A stretch of 64,000 nt of DNA from the human T2T-CHM13v2.0 reference genome, Homo sapiens. The notes under the pieces are model-generated. The model was not told where the DNA came from. It worked only from the letters and a program-made list of their open reading frames with translations, and made no database searches. Positions 47,031 through 64,000 of the stretch are shown one piece after another (position 1 is the stretch's first letter; each line of letters starts with the position of its first letter). Where the stretch lies: the NCBI RefSeq assembly GCF_009914755.1, contig NC_060947.1. One strand, 5' to 3'. Made by a program: the position numbers and the translations under genes.

Positions 47031-48219
47031 TTCCTCTGAGAATGGCAGACATATTTTTTCCTCAGTTATATGTCTGATTAGCCTATGTACTTATTGATTT
47101 GATCCCATATTAGTTGAGTAGCACAAAAGAGAATGGGGAAAGATGACATTGTGGGAATTGCCTGGTAAAGAGGATTTATAGGACTGTCATAGCATTGATA
47201 ACTGAGAGAAGATGCGATTGAGGGCCATAGTCTTTCTAGTACTGCCACAGTATGTGGGTGGATAGCTAAAAGGCACACACAATAGAGCGATGCTATATGA
47301 AAGCCACCAGTTGGAGGACAGTGGGGAGTGGTGACCAAATCTTGCAAGGTATTCAATGTTTAGGGAAGTTACATTGAGGTGAGCCCCTCATCAATAAGGC
47401 ATTAGTATAATTACAACCCATTCTCGTTAAGCCTCAAATGTGGTCTAAGGAAGAAGTTACATCAATAAGAGAGTGGGACTGGAAAATTCATCCAGTTGAG
47501 TAAAGAGTTGCGTGTCCCTTTTTTTGTCTTTCCATATCCCACAACACCACAGAGGGGAAAGTAAGTGTCTAGAAGGGAGGACAACAAAGGGAGGGAATGT
47601 ACAGTCCTTGACGTCTTCATCTCCTTTACGCGTTATGATCTTGAAGTCACAGCCTGATCTAGCATGACCTGAGGTAGGCAAGGAGATCTGAGATTTACAT
47701 CAAGTTCAAAAATCAAATTGTAAAATAAATGTGACTGACTTACATGGCACATATATTTACTATATTTATAAGTAAATAATTATATGAGATCATTCTAATA
47801 ATATCACCACCAACTAATAGGATGTGGCCAACCCACGCAAGTGTAAAGGGCATGTTTTCAACTTTCTTAGATGGAGAACAGTCAATGGAAAAAATAACAT
47901 CATGTTTTATGTTTGCACTCTAATGAGTTGAGAATCCTTAATATATTCACTTACAGTTGAAGTTTGACTTTATCTCAACTATTATTTCTCTTTGCATCCC
48001 TGTCCTTTTGCTTGCTCTTCAGCTTGCCCATTTCTCTTTTCTCTGTATTTAGTCCTTCATCTCCTCTTCTCAATCTTTATTATCCTTCATAATCTCTCCT
48101 CTTCCTGCATCTTTCCACCCCTCCTACACTTAAAATTTTATTACATCCTCCTGTCATTCCTCTTACTCCTCTCTTCTGCCTGATTTCTACTACTTCTCTG
48201 CATGTATTGGACCTCTACT

Positions 48220-48355
48220 TAGAGTTAATCATATAATTTATCGACCAAGTGGTGTCACTTTTGAAAGTAAATGAAGGTGCTATTTGTAATTTTGCTAAGG
48301 CAACAGGTACAAACCAGTACTGTCCTAGGAAAACTGGGATATATGGTCACGCTAG
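48220..48355. mobile_element. hAT-type MITE (MER81-like)
   Basis: tagagttaatcatataattt...aaaactgggatatatggtcacgcta terminal similarity. Confidence 0.55.
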
Positions 48356-48389
48356 CTGTAGTAAAGCCCCAATTTAGGGTCCAGATGGG

Positions 48390-49035
48390 TAGGGAAGGTC
48401 ATTATGAGAAAATGATATTAAGTCAATTTCTGTAGGATGTGTAAGAGCCAGATGAAGAGTGGGGAGAAGCATATTACTGGCAAAACAAATGAGAGTACAG
48501 AGGCGCTGAGGTGAGAATGAAGGAAGTTCAAAGTAGCTGGAGAATGGAAAAAGATGGGAAAAGTGGCATAGGCTGAGGCTGCCGATGTGGATAATAATGA
48601 GGAGCCAGATCAGGACAGGAATTGAAAAATGGACATCCAGAATTCCTGTACATGGGGGAAGGGAACTTAGATGAGGCTTTCTGGTTGAAACGAGGGCAAT
48701 AGATTATTTGTCAACAAAGTTGCATTTTTATAACAAGCATAGGAATTCTATATAGAATTGCATGTTACAGGTCAATAAAAATATCACTGTTTTAAAAAGA
48801 TATTTATATTATCAAATTGCATGACCTAAGGAAGCAAGAATTCTTATTGAAGAATGTTATTAATAGTTGAAATGAAGTGATGGTGAGGAATGGAGATGAA
48901 GAAAACAGAAGGGAGAGAAGGTTAAAGCCCTGCCAAAGCCATTGCTTGGCCAGGGTTAGGAGTTGACTTTTATTCTAATTGCAATGGGAAGGCAATAGGA
49001 GATATAAGCAGGGAAATGACATGATTCGATTTACA
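48390..49035. mobile_element. L2 fragment (resumes at ~52870-53340 after the L1 insertion)
   Basis: ttgacttttattctaattgcaatgggaaggcaataggagatataagcagggaaatgacatgattcgattt. Confidence 0.65.
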
Positions 49036-52863
<3,828 letters not shown>

Positions 52864-53207
52864 TATGATTTACACTTTAAAGCAATTGCTGTAGGTACTC
52901 TGTGGAGAACTGATTGTAGAAGGGGAAATATTTGAAGTAGGGAGGTCACTTAAGAGACTCTTATGCCAGTGGCCTCAACTAGGATGATATAGAGATAAGT
53001 TGATATATATTTGAGGTAGAATATTAAGGATTTTGTGGTATTTTTAATATGGGATAAGAGATCAGGTAAAGTAAGCAGTGATGGAAGATTCATAAATTTC
53101 TGGTTTGGGAATCTGAATGTATGTCGGTGGTATTCACTGAGTTGAAAAAGTCAAGTGAAGGAATACATAATGTTTGTGAGAAGGATACATTATAAGATAT
53201 CAATATG

Positions 53208-54274
53208 AGACATGTTAATTTTGAATGTACTGAGAGATTTCCAATTATAGAATGGAGATAGGCAGTTGCATTATGGGTCTAAAAATCATAGGCCAAGTTA
53301 GTAGAGGAGATACAGATTTGGGAGCAGGAAACATAAAATGGTGTTTTAAACCTCCTTTCCTGAACCTGTTTACATTTCACTGTAGAGACATTACAGAGGA
53401 AGTGCTGAGGAAAAGCATGCACCTGAAAGGGAGGTTGCTATGCAACAGATGAGGAAAGTCATTCAGCCAGGCAGAATTGAAGTTGGCCTTTGGGAACAAA
53501 ATGCTGCCGTCCTTCCTAGCATTAGTTGCCTTTCATATGAAGGCTTCTGGCATGAGTTGATGCCAGAACAAATGTGAACTGCACAAAGATCTGTCTTGAA
53601 TTTTGGAAAAGTATCAGTTTAATTTGAGTCAGCTCACATCTGTATTTAATTTTCTGCCTTTTTGAGTTTCTCCAGTTATCCTGGAAGCATAGCAGCATGT
53701 GCGTCCTTGGGTAGGACCCAATTACTGTGCATTCCACTTTGCACATTGAGAAACCAAGCTCAGAGAATTGAGTGGCCTGAGCGGGCTCACACATCTTGAG
53801 ACAGACAGGCTGGGCACTCCATCCCTGGAATTCTGATGCCCAGCGCAGGTTCTCTCCATAAGACCACAGCTGCCCCAGGCCCCAGCTCTGAAAGGAACCA
53901 GGGCTTGCCATGGCTCAGACACATAGGTCTGATTGTCCTGGCTCTTCCAGTGGGCACCAGGAAGGCCTCAGGGACATTGTGATTGTGTCCCTGATAAGGA
54001 AGAGGCCTGAGGTTCTGAGTACAGAGTGGATACCAAGGAGCAATTCTCATGCCTGGATGGACCCACACAGGGCAGGGGGAGGGTGGGGGCCTCTGCTTGT
54101 GTCCTCCTGAATGCAGAGCATGAGCTTGGACCTCCTAGAACACAAACGTTGCTTATTTGGAGCAAATGTTGGGGTGGAGGAGGTCTGTCATTCAAATGGG
54201 AAGGGTGCCTCGGTCCCCAGGCCAGCATGAGCAGAATGTGAACTTTGGAGTTAGGACGACCCAGGCTCAAACTT
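53208..54274 (+). repeat. Copy 2 (left part) of the MAGED1 upstream segment
   Basis: Aligns to 13430-14500. Confidence 0.92.
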
Positions 54275-57465
<3,191 letters not shown>

Positions 57466-57466
57466 G

Positions 57467-57720
57467 CCCAGGACCAAATTTTAAATTTTGTTTACTAGCT
57501 CTGTGGCTTTGTCTAGTTCATGCAATATGTATGTCTATGCCTCAGCTTCTTGTCTGTAAAATGAAGATGCTGACATCCACCTCCCAGAGCTGCTATGAGA
57601 GGAAGACAAGCCCCATAACAGATCCTGCTGTGATATCCAAGTCTGCCTTGCCCTTCTGTCCTTCCCCAGCACACACAAAATAAGTTCATTGCTGGGCCTA
57701 CACAACAGGCAGGGAAGATA
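57467..57720 (+). repeat. Copy 2 (right part) of the MAGED1 upstream segment, including the rest of the MIR
   Basis: Aligns to 14488-14745 (gctctgtggctttgtctagttcatgcaat; aggaagacaagcccc). Confidence 0.85.
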
Positions 57721-58269
57721 CAGGCAATTCATGAGTGAGGTGCTCATGTGGAGGCACTCGGCCCCCATTTATGCGTCTTCTCTCAGTCCTTGCTTTTCCT
57801 CAGCCCTAGAGCTGAGGAGTTTTTCAAGAGGTATTTGATGTAGCACTTGTTTCAGTTAGAGGCCCTCATAAAGATCTCTTTTAGAGAAGCAGCTGATATC
57901 TTCTACTGGCCACCTTGTGGAAAGTCCTGTGGTTCACAGTATTTCATGTTGTTGACACTCAGCAAAGATACTGCCTAAGGAGGCTGATCCATGGCAATTG
58001 GACTCACAGAAGTAATTATAGAACAGAAGCCAATTTATTAACATAAACTCATTTTGACTGCCTGGTGCTCACTCTTGTGCACCTTCTCTCCCAATAAAGG
58101 AAAACAGTCACAGGTAACTTGAGGGAGGGGAATTGATGGTCATGTCAGTGGCTGGAATTCTTGAGTTAAAATTTTCCATTCACAGAAGCTTTTACATGGA
58201 ATGTCTGGTTACAAATTTTGGTGGTCTGCAGACAAGTTAGTTTGTCTATGTTCCAAGTTTGAAGCATGA

Positions 58270-60640
58270 AGAAACAGAAAAACCAAATAGACCAATAATA
58301 AGTAAAGACATTGGATCAATAAGAAAGCCTCCCAACAACAAAAGGCCAGGGACCAAATAGCTTCATTTTTGAATTCTACCAAACTTTAAAAGAAAAACTA
58401 ATATCAATTTATCTCAAAATATTTCCAAAAATTGAAGATGAGGGAATTCTCCCTAACTCATCCTATAAGCCTAGCATTACCCTGGTCCCATACAAAAATC
58501 AAAATCAGACAAGGCCCCCCCCACCCCAAAAAATGAAATTACAGTACAATATTTCTGATGAGTACTGATGCAAAAATCCTCCACAAAATATTAGCACACT
58601 GAATCCAACAGCATATCAAACAGGTTATTCACTATGAGCAAGCTAAATTTATTCTAGGGATGCAATAATGGTTCAACATGCACGTATCTATAAATGTGAC
58701 AAATGTGACACATAACATTAACAAATGAAGGATGAAAAGCATATGATTATCTCAATAGATGTGGAAAATTCATTTGACAAAGTTCAGCATCTCTTCACGA
58801 TAAAAAACCTCTCAACAAATTAGGCATAAAAAGAACATTCCTCAAAAAAATGAAGGCCATATATGACAAACCCACCACTAACATTATACTTAATGGAGAA
58901 AAATAGAAAGTCTTTCCTTTAAGATCTGGAACAAGACAAGAATGCCCATGTACACCACTTTTGTTCAACATAGTATTGGAAATCCTAGCTAGAGCAATTA
59001 GGCAAGAAAAAGAAATAAAGAGCATTTATATTGGAAAAAATAAGTCAAATTGTCCTTGTTTTCAGATGACATAATCTTATACTTAGAAAAACTTAACAAC
59101 CCCACCAAAAAAACTTGAAACTGATAAATGAATTCAGTAAAGAGGCAGGATACAAAATCAGGACTCACAAATCAGTAGCATTTATATATACCAACAGCAA
59201 ACAATCTGAAAAAAGGAATCAAGACATCAATTCCATTTACAATAGCTATAAAAATGGAATACTTAAGAATTAATTAAACAAAGAAGTCAAAGATCTCTGC
59301 AATGAAAACTATAAAACACCGATGAAGGATATTGAAGAGGACACAAAAAACGGAAATATATCCCATGTACATGGATTGGAAGAATTAATATTGTTAAAAT
59401 GTCCATACTACCCAAAGCAATCTACAGATTCAATGCAATCCCTATCAAAATACCAATGTCATCCTTCACAGAAACAGAAAAAGTAATTCTAAAATGTATA
59501 TGGAACCAAAAAAGACCTTGAATAGCCACAGTGATTCTGAGCAAAATGAACAAAGCTGGAGACATCACATTATCTGACTTCAAAATATACTCCACAGGTA
59601 TAACTAAAACAGCACGGTACTGGCATAAAAACAGCCACATAGACCAATGTATCAGAATAGAAAACCCAGAAGTAAATCTATACATTTACAGCTAACTCAT
59701 TTTTGACAAAGACATCAAGAACAAAGACGTAAATATCAAACCTGAAACTATGAAACTTCTAGAAAAAACACATTGGGGAAATGCTTCAGGACATTGGTCT
59801 TGGTAAAACTTTTGTGTAGGACCTCAAAAGCACAGGCAGCTAAAGCAAAAATAGACAAATCGAATTATGTCAAGCTAAAACCTTCTGAACAGCGAAAGAC
59901 ACAACAGATTGAAGAGGCAACCTACAGAATGGGAGAAAATGTTTGCAAACTATTCATGTGACAAGGGATTATTAACCAGAATATATAAGAAACTCAAAGA
60001 ACTCAACAGTGAAAAAAACAAATAATCTGATCTTAAAATAGGCAAATGATCTGAATAGACATTTCTCAAAAGAAGACATTCAATGGCAAACAGATATATT
60101 AAAAGTACTCAACATTGCTAATCATCAGGGAAATGAAAATCAAAACCATGAGGCATAATCTCATCCCAGTTAATACTGCTATTACCAAAAAGACAAAAAG
60201 TAACAGATGCTGGCGAGACTGTAGAGAAAGGGAAACTCCTGTATATTGTTAGTGCAAATGTAAATTAGTACAGGCATTTTGGAAAACAGTATGTAGGTTT
60301 CTAAAAAATCTAAAAATAGGAATACCATATGATCCAGCAATCCCACTGCTGGACATATATCCAAACAAAGAGAAATCATATCAGCATGCCCATGTTTACT
60401 GCAGCACTATTTGCAGTAGCCGAGATATAAAATCCATCTAAATCCCCATCAATAGATGAATGGATAAAGAAAATGTGGTGTATTTATACACAATTGAATA
60501 ATATTCAGCCATCAAAAGAATGAAATCCTGTCATTTGAAGCAACATAGATGAACCTGGAGGGCACTGTGCAACAGATGAATGGAGAAACAAATGTGGTAT
60601 ATCCATACAATGGAATATTACTCGACCATAAACAGGAACA
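58270..60640 (+). mobile_element. Sense L1MA/PB ORF2 and 3' fragments
   Basis: L1 RT-region text (agatctggaacaagacaagaatgccc; cagatgacataatcttatacttagaaaa). Confidence 0.85.
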
Positions 60641-60644
60641 AAGT

Positions 60645-60920
60645 ACGATTGAGTCTTGAACAATGGTCGGGGGTGGGGCTAGCTGTGCCCATCCTCCACA
60701 CAGTTGAAAACTCACGTCTAACTTTAGACTCCCCCAAAACTTAACTGCTAATAGCCTACTGTTGACTGGAAGACTTACTGGTAACATAAACAGTTGATTA
60801 AAACCTATTTTCTGTTATATATATTATATACTCTATTCTTACAGTAAAATAAGATAGAGAAAAGAAAATGTAATTAAGAAAATCATAAGAAAGAGAAAAT
60901 ATACTTACTATATTTTACCA
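60645..60920. mobile_element. Tigger-derived DNA transposon (MER8/Tigger2-like)
   Basis: actcccccaaaacttaactgctaatagcctactgttgactggaagacttac. Confidence 0.75.
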
Positions 60921-61296
60921 CAATAAAAAATAAACTTAAAAAATATTTTAGTGGGCCTGTCAGCAGCCAGGTCATCCTCTCACAGCTAGACTGCCTCAGA
61001 CAAAAGTACTACACATATTTTTTGCTGCTTAGATGTCCCCTTCATAGATTCCATACAGCCCACCTCCCTCCTTCCTACACAGTCCTTTCTTTATTTTTTA
61101 GTGTAATTATTAAGTTTTAATTGAGAAATTTATATAACTTTTTACTTTACAGATCATTTACTCTCTTTCCAGGCATCAAAGAATCATTTATAAAAATTTA
61201 TTTTATACCAACTCACAAAGAAAACCTCAAAAAATTCCCAAAAGTAGAAAGTATAAAACAACCTTCTCTGTGACCACAATGCCAAAAGCAATCTAG

Positions 61297-61505
61297 AGCA
61301 ATGCTGTTTAAAAGAACTTTGTGTAATGATGGAAATAGTCCATATCTGCAGTGTCCAATATGGTGATCACTAGCCACATGAGACTAGTGGGCACTTGAAA
61401 TGTGGCTACTTTATTGGAGGGACTGATTTTTAACTTTTAGTTAATTGTGATTAATCTGAATGTAACTAGCCACATGTGGCCAGTGGCAACCATATTGGAC
61501 AGGGC
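61297..61505. mobile_element. hAT-Charlie MITE (MER3-like)
   Basis: gtgtccaatatggtgatcactagccacatg...catattggacag; aatctag flanks. Confidence 0.75.
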
Positions 61506-62094
61506 AAATCTAGGAAATTAGAACAAAAGTTAAACAGAAACCATACTTTTAAGTTAAAAAGCACTTGTACCCACAAATAAAACTGTGCATACACATATAC
61601 ATGCACACTCTCACACATGCACTTCAAAGTAACTATTGAATTAAAGAGAAGAGCAAATCCACAGGGCACTTAGAAAATGAAAACATTGCATATATCAAAG
61701 CAAACAGGATGCATATAAAACTACATATTCATAGTATTAAATATTTTCTTCCTTATTAAAGAAAAAGAAGCAAAACAAGTGAACTAGACACTACAATCCA
61801 GACATCAAAGATAAGCACAGAAACCTTTTAATGAAAATCAGAAAACTAGAAATTATCATAAATCCAGGAGCTGATCATTTGGAAAAAAAAAAATGGATTT
61901 TTTTTTTTTTGTAAATCACATGAAGAAAAAACTGAAATTAAAATAAGAAGTTATAATAGGATGTACACTTTTATATAAATATACAATGTGATATAAAACT
62001 ATTCTAATAAATTTAAAATCTTGATACTAATCAAATTAGAATCAAATCAGAATATTAGCAAAAACTACTTGAGAAATAAAAAGAAATAAAAAAT

Positions 62095-64000
<1,906 letters not shown>

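Overview
Human (or close great-ape) genomic DNA from Xp11.22. It contains the complete MAGED1 (NRAGE) gene on the + strand. A CpG/NRF1/Sp1 promoter lies at ~14.9-15.45 kb. Thirteen constitutive exons (one 5' and one 3' non-coding) splice at GT-AG junctions to a 2337-nt CDS (778 aa), and a 168-nt cassette exon gives 834 aa. The rest is repeat-dense (many L1, Alu, MaLR/ERVL, L2, MIR, DNA transposons) and carries an IPO7 processed pseudogene, an intact-ORF UQCR10 retrocopy and a decayed C2H2 zinc-finger relic. Four signals are less obvious. (1) Two convergent exons with intact splice sites match the last two coding exons of PFKFB1 just 3' of MAGED1, a fossil of the TRO/PFKFB1 tail-to-tail locus. 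(2) A hairpin-H-hairpin-ACA candidate snoRNA lies in the MAGED1 intron equivalent to the SNORA11-hosting intron of MAGED paralogs. (3) A ~1.3-kb segment upstream of the promoter is duplicated ~40 kb downstream with a near-identical core. (4) The UQCR10 retrocopy keeps both its ORF and its CpGs. Gene and repeat identities are from recognition without database searches, and repeat subfamilies and boundaries are approximate.
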